DNA of 64,000 nucleotides from Bacillota bacterium (GCA_037129925.1 JBAXTZ010000008.1:1772-65771), one strand, 5' to 3'. Shown: positions 19,336 through 29,511, counted from the stretch's first letter. Notes: generated from the sequence alone by a model not told the origin. Numbers and translations: made by a program.

Positions 19336-20697
19336 CTACTGTTTTCGCACTACCGCAATTGCGCTCGCGATTGCTCGTTCTTTACCATCGGAAGGTTTTG
19401 ACAAAATCCGTCCATGCACCAAAATTGCACTTGAACCGCCGCCATCTAAGTTCATAGCTTTTCGCGCCGAATATTTCAATAAAAACTCGGCAAGCTCAGT
19501 TAATGTCATACCAATGCTGTGGGGCTGCCGACCATCGACCACTACTAGGATAATATGCTGGTCGTCGGTTTCGGCGATTGCCGTTCGTGGCGCTCTGCCG
19601 TTAGCAATATCCGGCAGAACTTTTTCCAGTTTAGTAGTAATTGCAACTTTGCCATCTTTGATTAATTGCGGACCGGCTCCGATTGCATCGTAACAATCGT
19701 CGATTTCTCTACCCAATGTTTGGGTAATTGTTACTTTGTCACCAATTTTCAATGATTTCAATCGTGTTTGAGCCGCTCCGGTTGCTGAAAGCACCACTCC
19801 CCGATCAGGAATATAAGAATTACCAATATTTATCGCTTCAACTGTGTCATCAATAATCAAGTACTCGCAGCCAAAAATGTTGGTCACCGTCTGAGCACCA
19901 AAGGCTTTGTTGTACAGCACCAATGAATCGCGAATACGGCTACGGTTGACATAGTCAATCGGCACTTCGGTCTTGTCGGGTAACAATACATTTCCCCGAT
20001 ACTGATTAATATCAATCTGCAACTGACCGTCTTGGGAAAACCCAGCTATTGCCCTGGCTATTTTATCGCTACTGACTATCTCGCCATCAATTTTTAAAGC
20101 GCCGATAATTTCGCCGTCCGGCGCAAAGTAGCTACCATTAATAGCCGCCAAAATATCAATCCGATTGGCAAATGCACTTAACTTAGTACGACCGACCACT
20201 TTGCCATCTAATAGCGCCTGTAGTCGATAGTCTGATTCTGGCGCGACATCCAGAATGTACGCGCGAACTTTTCCAGAAAACGTCTGATAGTCAATTACCT
20301 TGAATAACACGCCGGTGGTCAACTCATGCTCAACCGAACGATATTTGGGATCTAGTATTGAAATTACTACTCGGTTAGGCTTGGTCATGTTTTTCGCTAA
20401 ATAAATAATTGGTGTTTTCATTTGCATAACAAATGTGCTACCCACACCTGCTTCGTTTGTCAATGTTGCGCCACCAACAATGTCACTTTGATAAGGCATT
20501 TCGCTAATCCAGGTATAAGCCGGTTGATTAGCCATTTTTATTATGAGTTGGTCGTGGCTTTCGTTTTCTTCAATAGAATAGTTTTTAACATTATCAAGAT
20601 AAATCACGATTTCATCATTTTGTTTATTGATTTCCACGTTTTGAATTGCTACGGCGCTGACACTTGCTGAAAAACTTAAAATTAAGATTATCAACAC
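19336..20697 (-). CDS. phosphodiester glycosidase family protein (NAGPA/DUF2233 domain) with N-terminal AMIN-like domain
   Basis: The 453-aa product has a signal peptide. Its C-terminal domain carries NLDGGGSSAILVHGRIL, typical of phosphodiester glycosidase-like proteins. Substrate unknown. Confidence 0.6.
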   Translation of the reverse strand: MLIILILSFSASVSAVAIQNVEINKQNDEIVIYLDNVKNYSIEENESHDQLIIKMANQPAYTWISEMPYQSDIVGGATLTNEAGVGSTFVMQMKTPIIYLAKNMTKPNRVVISILDPKYRSVEHELTTGVLFKVIDYQTFSGKVRAYILDVAPESDYRLQALLDGKVVGRTKLSAFANRIDILAAINGSYFAPDGEIIGALKIDGEIVSSDKIARAIAGFSQDGQLQIDINQYRGNVLLPDKTEVPIDYVNRSRIRDSLVLYNKAFGAQTVTNIFGCEYLIIDDTVEAINIGNSYIPDRGVVLSATGAAQTRLKSLKIGDKVTITQTLGREIDDCYDAIGAGPQLIKDGKVAITTKLEKVLPDIANGRAPRTAIAETDDQHIILVVVDGRQPHSIGMTLTELAEFLLKYSARKAMNLDGGGSSAILVHGRILSKPSDGKERAIASAIAVVRKQ

Positions 20698-20728
20698 AAT
20701 TACGCGATGGTTAAATCGAAAAATTATT

Positions 20729-21763
20729 TTACCTAATATTAACCTTTCTCATCATAACTAACCCATCTGGGATTTTATCCAGATTTATCAGCGCTTTTCC
20801 TGTTCCAAGTGCTACGCAATCTAGTGGATTTTCAGCCAAATAAGTATTGATACCCGTTTCCCGTTCGATTAGTTTGTCTAATCCACGCAATAGGGAACCT
20901 CCGCCAGTCAACACGATACCACGGTCATAGATATCTGCTGCCAATTCGGGTGGTGTTTTTTCTAGCACTCCCTTGACTCCGTGTACTAAATTCTCCAAAC
21001 ACTCGGTAAATGCCTGGACAGTTTTATCCGCAGTGATAATTCTAGTTTGCGGCATACCGCTCATTAAATCAACTCCGCGCACTTCTTTTTCATCAGTATA
21101 TTCACCGGCGATTGCGCAGCCGATTTCTTTTTTTACTTCTTCAGCCGTTCGCTCACCAATCAATAAATTATACTCTTTGCGGACAAATCGCAAAATCGCC
21201 TCGTCAAATTTGTCGCCGCCGGAACTGCTAAGCGATTCTCCGACCACCATGCTACCTAAACTTAACACTGCAACATCAGCCGTTCCGCCGCCAATATCTA
21301 TTACCATCGAACCATAAGGGTCACCAATCGAAACTCCGGCGCCAATTGCTGCCGCGATCGGCTCTTCAATTAAGTAGGCTTTACGCGCTCCGGCTTGCAA
21401 CGTAGCCTCAATTACCGCGCGTTGCTGAACCTGATTAACACCCGCTGGCACACATACCATAACCCGGGGGCGAAAAAACCAGCTCCGACCAGCGACTTTA
21501 CTAATGAAATACTTCATCATTTCAGCCGTCATATCGTAATTAGCGATAACCCCATCTTTTAGCGGGCGAATCGCCATTATATTTCCCGGAGTGCGTCCGA
21601 GCATTCGTCTGGCTTCTTCGCCAACTGCCAATATACTATTATTATCATCGCGATCTATAGCAACTACGGAAGGTTCGCGCAACACAATGCCCTTGCCTTT
21701 TACAAATACAATTACATTTGCGGTACCTAAGTCTATTCCAATATCTACCGATAAACCAAACAT
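20729..21763 (-). CDS. mreB: rod shape-determining actin homolog MreB/Mbl
   Basis: The product has MFGLSVDIGIDLGTANVIVFV and the actin-fold phosphate-binding motifs DIGGGTADVAV. I use the ATG at 21763, since the 14 upstream codons of the track ORF are not MreB-like. Confidence 0.85.
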   Translation of the reverse strand: MFGLSVDIGIDLGTANVIVFVKGKGIVLREPSVVAIDRDDNNSILAVGEEARRMLGRTPGNIMAIRPLKDGVIANYDMTAEMMKYFISKVAGRSWFFRPRVMVCVPAGVNQVQQRAVIEATLQAGARKAYLIEEPIAAAIGAGVSIGDPYGSMVIDIGGGTADVAVLSLGSMVVGESLSSSGGDKFDEAILRFVRKEYNLLIGERTAEEVKKEIGCAIAGEYTDEKEVRGVDLMSGMPQTRIITADKTVQAFTECLENLVHGVKGVLEKTPPELAADIYDRGIVLTGGGSLLRGLDKLIERETGINTYLAENPLDCVALGTGKALINLDKIPDGLVMMRKVNIR

Positions 21764-21865
21764 TTCATTCCTCCGATATTTATGATTAACCACGATATTA
21801 TACACAATTTCTCTGTAAAAACCAAGTGCGAAATCGACTTGTCAATTAGTAGCTTGGAAAAATTA

Positions 21866-23122
21866 TTAATTAGTATTAGTGTTGGAATTGTTTCCCGAAC
21901 TGTTCGGTGTTGACGGACGTTTTGCGGGCTTTTCGGGAGCGGAGTTTTTTGCCGGCGGAACTGATGGCTTTGGTACAGTTGCCGAACTTTGGTTGGATTT
22001 TGGTTTAGCCGCCGGAACTGGCTTTGCAATAACCGGCTTCGGCTTTGATATGACAGTTGCCACTGGTTCTTCGGGCTTAGTGCTCTCGCCAGTCGGAGCC
22101 TCTACTGAAGTTCGCGACTCGTCCGGAATCGAAGCCTCATATTTTTCCGACAATTGATTAGCCGCTTCCATGTAGCTGGAATCAGGAACTATTCCTTCGA
22201 CTGTAGCCATCATTTCCCATGTTTTCACTACATCAGGAATCCAATAGCTTACTCCGTCAATATACAGTGGCCGCCCTGGAACCATTTGTGTTACTACGCC
22301 ATTCTTTTTGACATCCGGCAATATCGCTATAAGCGATATCATCAGGGACATCGGCATATCGGTCTTTAATTCACCGTAAATATCATTTACAACGCCCGGG
22401 AGATGGATAATTCCGGTAGGCGTGGCAACCTGATTCAGAAGCGCCTTGACAAACACTCCTTGTCGCTCTACCCGTCCGATATCACCTAAATAGTCGCGGT
22501 AACGAACGTATTCGATTGCTTTTTTTCCGTTCAACCTTTGCGTACCCGGTTGAAAATCTATTATCAAGCCCCCGTCATCATCCCAAGGGTCTTCATAATG
22601 CATCGGTTCAGCCACATCAATTGTCAGACCGCCGATTTTATCGATAGCATCGGCAAAAGCTTTGAACCGCAAATCCACCCAATAATCAACTTTTATTCCG
22701 AGAAACTCCTCTACCGTTCGTTTGGTAACTTCCGGACCGCCATAGGCGTTAGTCGCATTAATTTTGTCCCAATCATCCGGCGGCTTTAAATCGGAAATCA
22801 ACACGCGGGTATCCCGTGGAATCGCCATTTGATATACTTTTTTTGCTTTTGGGTCAATAGTAATAAGCATCAGAGTGTCCGTACGGCCTACGTCATTATC
22901 ACGAGCATCCAATCCGGCGACGATAATGTTTATCCGATCGTTACCAAGAAATGGTGACAAAACAATACTCTTCAAGGAGTGTTCAGTGAAAAACAAGAAT
23001 GACACCAGCGTTACAAAAACAAACAGGCAAACAAAAAAAACTGTTTTAATTAGTTTTCGCTTACGTCGCCGCCGCTCGTTTTCCAGTTTAATCTTCATCT
23101 GGGTCTTGTTTATTTCATCCAT
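21866..23122 (-). CDS. LytR-CpsA-Psr (LCP) family cell-envelope polymer transferase with Pro/Lys/Ala-rich C-terminal tail
   Basis: The 418-aa product has an N-terminal TM helix and an LCP domain (IIVAGLDARDNDVGRTDTLMLITI...AIPRDT). The C-terminal 80 aa are a low-complexity PKPV/AKP repeat. Confidence 0.8.
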   Translation of the reverse strand: MDEINKTQMKIKLENERRRRKRKLIKTVFFVCLFVFVTLVSFLFFTEHSLKSIVLSPFLGNDRINIIVAGLDARDNDVGRTDTLMLITIDPKAKKVYQMAIPRDTRVLISDLKPPDDWDKINATNAYGGPEVTKRTVEEFLGIKVDYWVDLRFKAFADAIDKIGGLTIDVAEPMHYEDPWDDDGGLIIDFQPGTQRLNGKKAIEYVRYRDYLGDIGRVERQGVFVKALLNQVATPTGIIHLPGVVNDIYGELKTDMPMSLMISLIAILPDVKKNGVVTQMVPGRPLYIDGVSYWIPDVVKTWEMMATVEGIVPDSSYMEAANQLSEKYEASIPDESRTSVEAPTGESTKPEEPVATVISKPKPVIAKPVPAAKPKSNQSSATVPKPSVPPAKNSAPEKPAKRPSTPNSSGNNSNTNTN

Positions 23123-23181
23123 CGTTACCTCTTGATAAATTAGATTATAACATTTTCACCCGGTCACTACAAACGTATAAA

Positions 23182-23721
23182 TCAATTCAAAGCGTCGGCT
23201 CGTCTTAGCAGTATTAGTTCCTGGCAATCATTCGTTGCCGCTGACTTGTGATGCGATAACACTATTTGCACAATAGCTGGTGAACAATTGATTCTTCTTA
23301 GGTTGTCCGCGCTCCGTTCTGGATGTCGATAATATACCTCAATTAACCGATAGGCGTTATGAAGTGCTTTATATCGGCTGGCAAAATTCAGTTTCAAAAA
23401 AAATTTGTAACCTAAAAACTTATCAAATAATACCGCGTATGATTTTCCAATTATGCCCAAATCACCTTTTTTTCGACCACAATCATGCAACAGCGCCGCC
23501 CGCATCAGTAATTTCTTGTCAATATTCATACCAATGGAAAGTTTCTCAGCGGTGCGCGCTACATTAACACAATGTTTTTGATCAATAATGCTCATGCGAA
23601 AAAAAACTGATAATTCTTTCTCGCTCAACCACGCCTGTGTAAATTCAAAATCAGCGCCAGACATTGTTGCAGTATATGCCCGATAAAACTGCCTTAATCG
23701 ATTTATCAAAGCTCCTCCCAA
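23182..23721 (-). CDS. HD-domain phosphohydrolase (YqeK-like)
   Basis: The 179-aa product has a His...HD metal-binding motif (QKHCVNVARTAEKL...AALLHDCGRK). Confidence 0.6.
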   Translation of the reverse strand: MGGALINRLRQFYRAYTATMSGADFEFTQAWLSEKELSVFFRMSIIDQKHCVNVARTAEKLSIGMNIDKKLLMRAALLHDCGRKKGDLGIIGKSYAVLFDKFLGYKFFLKLNFASRYKALHNAYRLIEVYYRHPERSADNLRRINCSPAIVQIVLSHHKSAATNDCQELILLRRADALN

Positions 23722-24611
23722 TTCAATCCCGTGTACACGGATTGACTAACCATACAAGTTTTTCCGGCTGCCCTAACTGCCCGCTTAGCGGCTTTGTCTA
23801 GTTGTTCACCTTGTAACAACGCGAGTAGAGTAGTAGCGAACATAGCATCACCGGAGCCATTTTCATTTATCACTGTGACTTTTTCGGCCGGATAATGTTT
23901 CAATTCGGAATTTGCAAAAATACTTCCCGCCGCTCCGAGTGAAACAATGACATTTTGCGCGCCCAGAGCAACTAATTGCTTGGTTGCCACTTCAATTTCG
24001 GACAAAGTGTTAAAAGTTTTATCAAAATAACTTTGTAATTCATATTGATTGAGTTTTATCAGCAAACAGCCATTTATTACCGCGCTAATTCGCTTGGCCT
24101 TAGGCGCAGAAACTGCCTCAAGCGCATATTCAACATTGTTTTTGCCGCACCAAATACGCAAACTGGTTAATTGCTCAGGTAGCAGATTGGCATCTAGCGC
24201 CAAACAATCCGGTCGGAAACGCTCACAGGCGGCGATAATTTCTTTCACATTGATTTTTTCCAACTCGGTTATTTCATAAAACGCCTTATTAACCTGCCCG
24301 TAATTGTCTAATTCCGCGCAAAATATATTCATCCGCTCGCCGGTGATGTTCTGCACATTCAACGCGTTCGCACAACTATCATTATCCAAAATCGCACCGG
24401 CACTATGCCGATTATATGATGTTAAAAATAGCACATCAGCGCCAAGATTTTTTAAGTTGAGCGCCACATTCCGCCCTACACCGCCTGGAAAAATATCGAT
24501 CTGCGCTGACCGGCAGAGTGTATCTTCAGCGCCGACATTTTTTATGATGATATCCAGCGTATAGTCGCCGACTACAACAATTCTTTTCACTTTGGTTATC
24601 TCCGACCACAA
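23706..24611 (-). CDS. PfkB-family carbohydrate/nucleoside kinase (ribokinase-like)
   Basis: The 301-aa product has the N-terminal GG motif (VVVGDYTLDIII...IFPGGVGRNVA) and the C-terminal anion-hole motif VINENGSGDAMFA. Substrate not assignable. Confidence 0.75.
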   Translation of the reverse strand: MWSEITKVKRIVVVGDYTLDIIIKNVGAEDTLCRSAQIDIFPGGVGRNVALNLKNLGADVLFLTSYNRHSAGAILDNDSCANALNVQNITGERMNIFCAELDNYGQVNKAFYEITELEKINVKEIIAACERFRPDCLALDANLLPEQLTSLRIWCGKNNVEYALEAVSAPKAKRISAVINGCLLIKLNQYELQSYFDKTFNTLSEIEVATKQLVALGAQNVIVSLGAAGSIFANSELKHYPAEKVTVINENGSGDAMFATTLLALLQGEQLDKAAKRAVRAAGKTCMVSQSVYTGLNWEEL

Positions 24612-25483
24612 AGATAGTTGTCCGCCATATCAGCCATGTGCAGCAAAACCGCCAACGGATAGGCCGCAAATGCTGCTGAAATGGCTTTCCCGCCAACATA
24701 GCCCTGTGCGGATTCGTCCCAACCGCCCATGTGCCAGCGAATCGCCATTGTTTCATCAATATTTAGTTCAATGAACTTCATCAGCATAATTACTGATTTT
24801 TCACCATGCCCTAGTGGTAACTTATCTTCGAAGGTATAACAATCAATGCTTTTCCAGGCTCCGTCTTCCTTGACATTGCGTTTGGACTTGACATAAAAAT
24901 CCGTCTTGCATAAATCATGAAACAATGCTGTTATTATCCTGCTGTCTTTGGGAATGGCATCGTCGAAAATTGCGCAAAGTTTGTCTAAATTGTCAAAAGT
25001 CGACAACGAGTGTTCTATTAGACCACCAGCGTAAGCGCCATGATAATTTGCACTAGCCGGTGCTAGAAAATAATCGGTGGTTCTTAACCAATTAAGTAAA
25101 TTGTCAAACCCTGGTCGTGATACAGTCGCGCATAATTGTTCAAATCGGTCGGTGCTTGCGACAATATTTAACACAGTTTCATCAATCGGCAAATGCGAAA
25201 GGTCTGTTTCCATGGCAAAATCGTCGGCGCGAATGATTTTGAACTGCAATCCTCCAGAATAACTATCACTTTGCACTACTCCGGTTAGCTGTAACGGTTT
25301 ATTATCATTATCACGGATTTTTTTGGCAGTCTCATCGTCAAAACAGATAAAATTTACGGTTGCGGTCTTATCCGCAACTGTGCCGCGCGCAAAAAACGAG
25401 CCGTTTTTAGACACGCCGGAGGCTTCAACACGCACCAGCAGCACTGAGTTGATTTTTTTACCGATAGATATTTCATTTAACAT
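24596..25483 (-). CDS. yhaM: 3'-5' exoribonuclease YhaM-like (OB-fold plus HD domain)
   Basis: The 295-aa product has an N-terminal OB-fold region and a C-terminal HD domain (GGLIEHSL...ALFHDLCK). The architecture matches YhaM. Confidence 0.7.
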   Translation of the reverse strand: MLNEISIGKKINSVLLVRVEASGVSKNGSFFARGTVADKTATVNFICFDDETAKKIRDNDNKPLQLTGVVQSDSYSGGLQFKIIRADDFAMETDLSHLPIDETVLNIVASTDRFEQLCATVSRPGFDNLLNWLRTTDYFLAPASANYHGAYAGGLIEHSLSTFDNLDKLCAIFDDAIPKDSRIITALFHDLCKTDFYVKSKRNVKEDGAWKSIDCYTFEDKLPLGHGEKSVIMLMKFIELNIDETMAIRWHMGGWDESAQGYVGGKAISAAFAAYPLAVLLHMADMADNYLCGRR

Positions 25484-25490
25484 ACTTCAC

Positions 25491-26321
25491 CTACAGCGTT
25501 TTCATATAATCAATTGTAAAATCATTGGCGATAATATTTTCCTTTTTTATTTTCCACTTATTTTTTTGCGCATAGCCACGCAAGTGTTCGGCAAATGCTT
25601 GCGGCATAATATTCTCGGTAGCAAAATGCGTCGATTCAACAATGGCCAAACCACGTTCCGAGGCTTCAATTAAATGATGATTACTAAATTCCGAGCTGAC
25701 CAAAACGTCAGCTCCGTTCATAATCGCGGCATTTAGCAAAAACGAACCGGCTCCGCCACAGACCGCTACTTTTCTAATTATTTTGTCCGGTCTACCGCAA
25801 TAGCCTACCCGCTCAGCGCCAAGTTGCTTCTTGACTAATTCAGCGAAGTTCTCGAGCGTAAGCGACTGTCCCAAACAACCAATACGCGCTAAACCAGGCG
25901 TAGCATCATCAATCGTCGTTGACTTAATAATATTGAGCGCTTTGATATTCGTCAAACCAAACAATTCGGACAGTACATCATTTATTCCACCAACACAGGA
26001 ATCAAAATTGGTGTGTGCGCTGAACACCGCGATATTCGCCCGAATTAGTTTGGCGATTTTGTATCCGAGCGGAAAATCTTCGCGAATATCGCGAAGCGGA
26101 TTGAAAATAAACGGATGATGGCAAATTATCAGACCAACATTGTTGCTAATCGCGTAATCGATGGCCTCATCGGTAACATCTAATGTTGTTAATATTTTCT
26201 CAATATTGTTTGCCGGATTTCCAAGGTGCAACCCGATTCGATCTTCGGGATCTGCAAAACGTTTGGGGGCTATTTTTTCGATTGCTTCGATTACTTGAGC
26301 TATTTTTACCGCCATTTTCAC
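25491..26321 (-). CDS. Nif3-family dinuclear metal centre protein (YqfO)
   Basis: The 276-aa product has Nif3 motifs (GLIICHHP...SAHTNFD...ESTHFATE). It follows trmK, as in the conserved yqfN-yqfO pair. Confidence 0.8.
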   Translation of the reverse strand: MKMAVKIAQVIEAIEKIAPKRFADPEDRIGLHLGNPANNIEKILTTLDVTDEAIDYAISNNVGLIICHHPFIFNPLRDIREDFPLGYKIAKLIRANIAVFSAHTNFDSCVGGINDVLSELFGLTNIKALNIIKSTTIDDATPGLARIGCLGQSLTLENFAELVKKQLGAERVGYCGRPDKIIRKVAVCGGAGSFLLNAAIMNGADVLVSSEFSNHHLIEASERGLAIVESTHFATENIMPQAFAEHLRGYAQKNKWKIKKENIIANDFTIDYMKTL

Positions 26322-27040
26322 CTCGTCGAATCCAACACTCCGCTCAATTCGATTTTCTTTAATATTAATTCGTCAATTTTCTTATTGTCAATTATCTTTG
26401 CTTTGTTCATTTCGACAATTATTCGCTCGATATTTTCAATATTTTTCGTTATCAGCTTTGCCAACAATGGATCGCGACGATAAAATAAAATCGGACCAAC
26501 TTCAGGTGGCAGCGACAAGGTCATGAAACTAGTAAACAAATCGCTCTTACCTGACCGCTTTACCGCTTTGATTATTTCGTAAACAATTTCATTTTCATCA
26601 ACTAATCGCTCATCGGCAATTTTCCACTTGTTGACATCCAGCCATTCTCGCACAGTTGCCGCTGATTCTTGCGGTTGGAGTATCAGACAATCCAACTGCT
26701 CAACTACGCTCGCATTACCTTCGAGAATTTTGATTATCTGCGAACAGCCCATTCCGGCAATAATTGCCGTATCCACTTCACCGGCTGCAATTTCTGCGAA
26801 ACCATCGCTCAACCTAATACTAATTTCCGAGCCAATTTCACATTTCTGAACATTTTTCCGCGCAGCATCCAGCGGACCGGAATTTACATCTGCTACGATA
26901 ACAAAGTTCGCAATACCTTTTTGTAGTAAGACTATCGAAACGAGCGCATGGTCGGCGCCAATATCGGCAACTCGCGCACCGTGTGACACCATACTGACAA
27001 TCGTCGCCAACCGTGCCGAAAGATTAATAATTTTTGACAT
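26318..27040 (-). CDS. trmK: tRNA (adenine22-N1)-methyltransferase TrmK (YqfN)
   Basis: The 240-aa class-I SAM methyltransferase has VADIGADHALVSI and DTAIIAGMGC. Its stop overlaps the Nif3 start. Confidence 0.8.
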   Translation of the reverse strand: MSKIINLSARLATIVSMVSHGARVADIGADHALVSIVLLQKGIANFVIVADVNSGPLDAARKNVQKCEIGSEISIRLSDGFAEIAAGEVDTAIIAGMGCSQIIKILEGNASVVEQLDCLILQPQESAATVREWLDVNKWKIADERLVDENEIVYEIIKAVKRSGKSDLFTSFMTLSLPPEVGPILFYRRDPLLAKLITKNIENIERIIVEMNKAKIIDNKKIDELILKKIELSGVLDSTR

Positions 27041-27076
27041 AAAAGTTTGTACCTCCGACGCGTACCGACCACTTTA

Positions 27077-29473
27077 TCAATTATAATTAATTTTCTGTGC
27101 TAACGCATCTAAAAAAAGCTTTTCACCGCGTTTATTATCGTTCTGCCAAATTCCCATAAAACTCTCTGCAATTTCTCGAAAAAACCGCAGCGCCCGGCTA
27201 ATATTCCGATCATGCCAAATTCGCACTGAATAAACAGCAGTATTATCGTTGTAGACAAAATTCAAGTCATTATTTTCATTAGGAAGTTGAGCATAGTAGG
27301 AAATCACTTTGCCATTCTTGCAAATTGCAGCGGCATAAGCGCTCGCATTCAACCATAATGGAAATTTCGCTTTTAACAAATGTTGGTAATCAGCATTTGC
27401 CTCAATATCTTTTCCGAGAACAGTAACTTTATACTCAGCGCATCCGGCATTGTTTTGCAATAACGCTCCAATTATCGCTACCGGCTGCGGCGAATAGTAA
27501 TCTAAATATTCCTTAACTAGTTGACTGGCAGTTGCAAATTCCAGACGATTGTTTACAACATATTGCGCTTTTACATATTCAAGATGCTTGCTGATTTTTT
27601 GAAAAGCTCCACCGCTTGTAGATGTCCAGTCAGCATCGCCCATGACGAACATCGCGTGGGTAAATCCGACAATGGCGTGTATCCCTGCACGGGTTTTGTT
27701 ATTATAAAAAAAAGCGCTCATGCCGGCATCGACTTTTTGGTTTAATTCAGCTAAAGAATCGCTGTCGTACTCGATTCGCTTTTTTGGGGTCGGTAAAAAC
27801 TCCACTAACCCGACGTTGTCGAGATCGATTGCCGATTTTTCGATCGCTTCAGGGCGTGAAAAATATATTTCCTTGCCGTATTCCGCCGAAACAAATTCAC
27901 CCAAATTGCCCGGCGCGTCACTTGAACCAAACAATCCTACCGCGCGGTAGGCAATGTAACTATTTGCCTGATCAGCAGCGCCCACTCCGTAATCAAACGA
28001 ACCAACGCGCGAAGTTATACTCGTGCCAGATGGTGAATCGGCGGTCAGTTCTTGCAATTCAGATATATAAGAAAATAGTATCCCGGCTCGCGAGTTATAA
28101 TCATAATAATCTCCAGCAGGTTTTACGCTATGCGCCCAACCATGGCGAAGATGATTTGCCCAAAATCCATTTTGAGCATAGTTGAGCGAAAGCGTATTTC
28201 CCTTCACTAATGGATCATAATCTGTGTGCATGTGTATCCCATATTCATGACCAAGCGCCGCCTGAGTTTTTACCGACTGGCGCACTGCTTCGACAGTTTC
28301 ACGCCAGCCGACACCGCCGGCAAGCGCCATTTCTTGGGCGGCGCGGATAATTGGCAAGGCAATATAATGCGTCCAGCGCGCACCATATTGTTCGGCGATA
28401 GCGTTTAATTTCTCCGCCTTGTCTTTCATCTGTACAAATACTTCTTCAGCTGTAATCCAAGCCTGTTTTTCACCCCAAGGCTTGGGGTACCCGGCAGCGT
28501 CAATTACTTCCAAATCATCAGTCATGACATAAAATGTTTTCCCAGGTTTATCATCAACTACATCAACACTCAAGTAACCAACCGGCTGCTCGTCAGCCAT
28601 AATCGTCACTTGCCAAGGTTTATTAAAATTGACTTCAGACGATCGCAGTGCCGCCAAATCAAACTGCAAAGTTTTTTCTTCTCCAGAATCCAATATCAAT
28701 AACTTTGCTTTATTCACGGGAATAATTCCGAATCCGTATGGGGCTATCAAACGAATTTTAATATCGTTAACTATTCTATTGCTGATGTTTCGAACTGCAA
28801 GCTGCGCCGTCAGCCTTTCACCCTTGATGACTTTTATTGGTCGGGCTTGGATTGTCAGTGATTTTTTATTATTCCTCTGACTGATAAATTTTTCAACAAG
28901 AACGTGCTGGCCATTTTCAACCGTCAATACCAGTTCCAGTCGTTTTATTTTTGTAGCATCACTCGCAAAATCTAACCGCATAATATCGCCAATGTTTTTT
29001 CGTTCGTCTACCCATTCACCGACGAAATTATATGTAGAGCGTTCACTATGCATTTTGCGCTTGGCATTATTCGCTATTGCTCCCGAAAAAGTATAACCGC
29101 TAGTCACTAATAATTTCCCTGTGGCATCAAAACCGCGAATTTCCACGCGCCCATTTCCCTGCATTGAAAGAAACATCAATCGCCATAATACATCTTCTGA
29201 GCTATCAACCGGCACTGCAACACGATATTCAACAGTTCCATCGTTTCCCGCAGCTAATTCCAGACAGGGAATATTTTCGCTAAACAAAACTGGTCGAACA
29301 CTATTGCCGTTGCCAAATATTTTGATACTGTCTTCTGAAAACGCCGGCAAACTTTGCCAACCGACCAACTTAAGCTCGCCGATTTTTGCCGTCAACGGCT
29401 GATAGACGTAATATTCAAGTTGCAAAGCGAGGAGCGCGACAATTACGTACAAAACAAGCGCATATTTTTTCAT
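27077..29473 (-). CDS. large secreted/membrane-anchored protein of unknown function (about 800 aa), with possible CARDB-like Ig domain and metal-dependent hydrolase-like core
   Basis: Start taken at the ATG at 29473 (MKKYALVLYVIVALLALQ, a signal/anchor) with the RBS GAGGTG upstream. The track ORF begins at a GTG 9 codons upstream. There is a CARDB-like segment, LTAQLAVRNISNRIVNDIKIRLIAPYGFGIIP...EEKTLQFDLAA. There is also a DD...H-x-H segment (YVMTDDLEV, YGIHMHTDYDP) that loosely recalls carbohydrate esterase motifs. I can make no confident family assignment. Confidence 0.5.
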   Translation of the reverse strand: MKKYALVLYVIVALLALQLEYYVYQPLTAKIGELKLVGWQSLPAFSEDSIKIFGNGNSVRPVLFSENIPCLELAAGNDGTVEYRVAVPVDSSEDVLWRLMFLSMQGNGRVEIRGFDATGKLLVTSGYTFSGAIANNAKRKMHSERSTYNFVGEWVDERKNIGDIMRLDFASDATKIKRLELVLTVENGQHVLVEKFISQRNNKKSLTIQARPIKVIKGERLTAQLAVRNISNRIVNDIKIRLIAPYGFGIIPVNKAKLLILDSGEEKTLQFDLAALRSSEVNFNKPWQVTIMADEQPVGYLSVDVVDDKPGKTFYVMTDDLEVIDAAGYPKPWGEKQAWITAEEVFVQMKDKAEKLNAIAEQYGARWTHYIALPIIRAAQEMALAGGVGWRETVEAVRQSVKTQAALGHEYGIHMHTDYDPLVKGNTLSLNYAQNGFWANHLRHGWAHSVKPAGDYYDYNSRAGILFSYISELQELTADSPSGTSITSRVGSFDYGVGAADQANSYIAYRAVGLFGSSDAPGNLGEFVSAEYGKEIYFSRPEAIEKSAIDLDNVGLVEFLPTPKKRIEYDSDSLAELNQKVDAGMSAFFYNNKTRAGIHAIVGFTHAMFVMGDADWTSTSGGAFQKISKHLEYVKAQYVVNNRLEFATASQLVKEYLDYYSPQPVAIIGALLQNNAGCAEYKVTVLGKDIEANADYQHLLKAKFPLWLNASAYAAAICKNGKVISYYAQLPNENNDLNFVYNDNTAVYSVRIWHDRNISRALRFFREIAESFMGIWQNDNKRGEKLFLDALAQKINYN

Positions 29474-29484
29474 TGACACCTCGA

Positions 29485-29511
29485 AATGAAAACGCCCCAC
29501 GAAGCGGGGCG
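29485..29511 (-). terminator. weak intrinsic terminator after pyrG, abutting the start of the downstream gene
   Basis: The hairpin GCCCCacgaagcGGGGC is followed on the minus strand by UUUUCAUUU. This runs directly into the RBS and ATG of the 800-aa protein. Confidence 0.4.
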
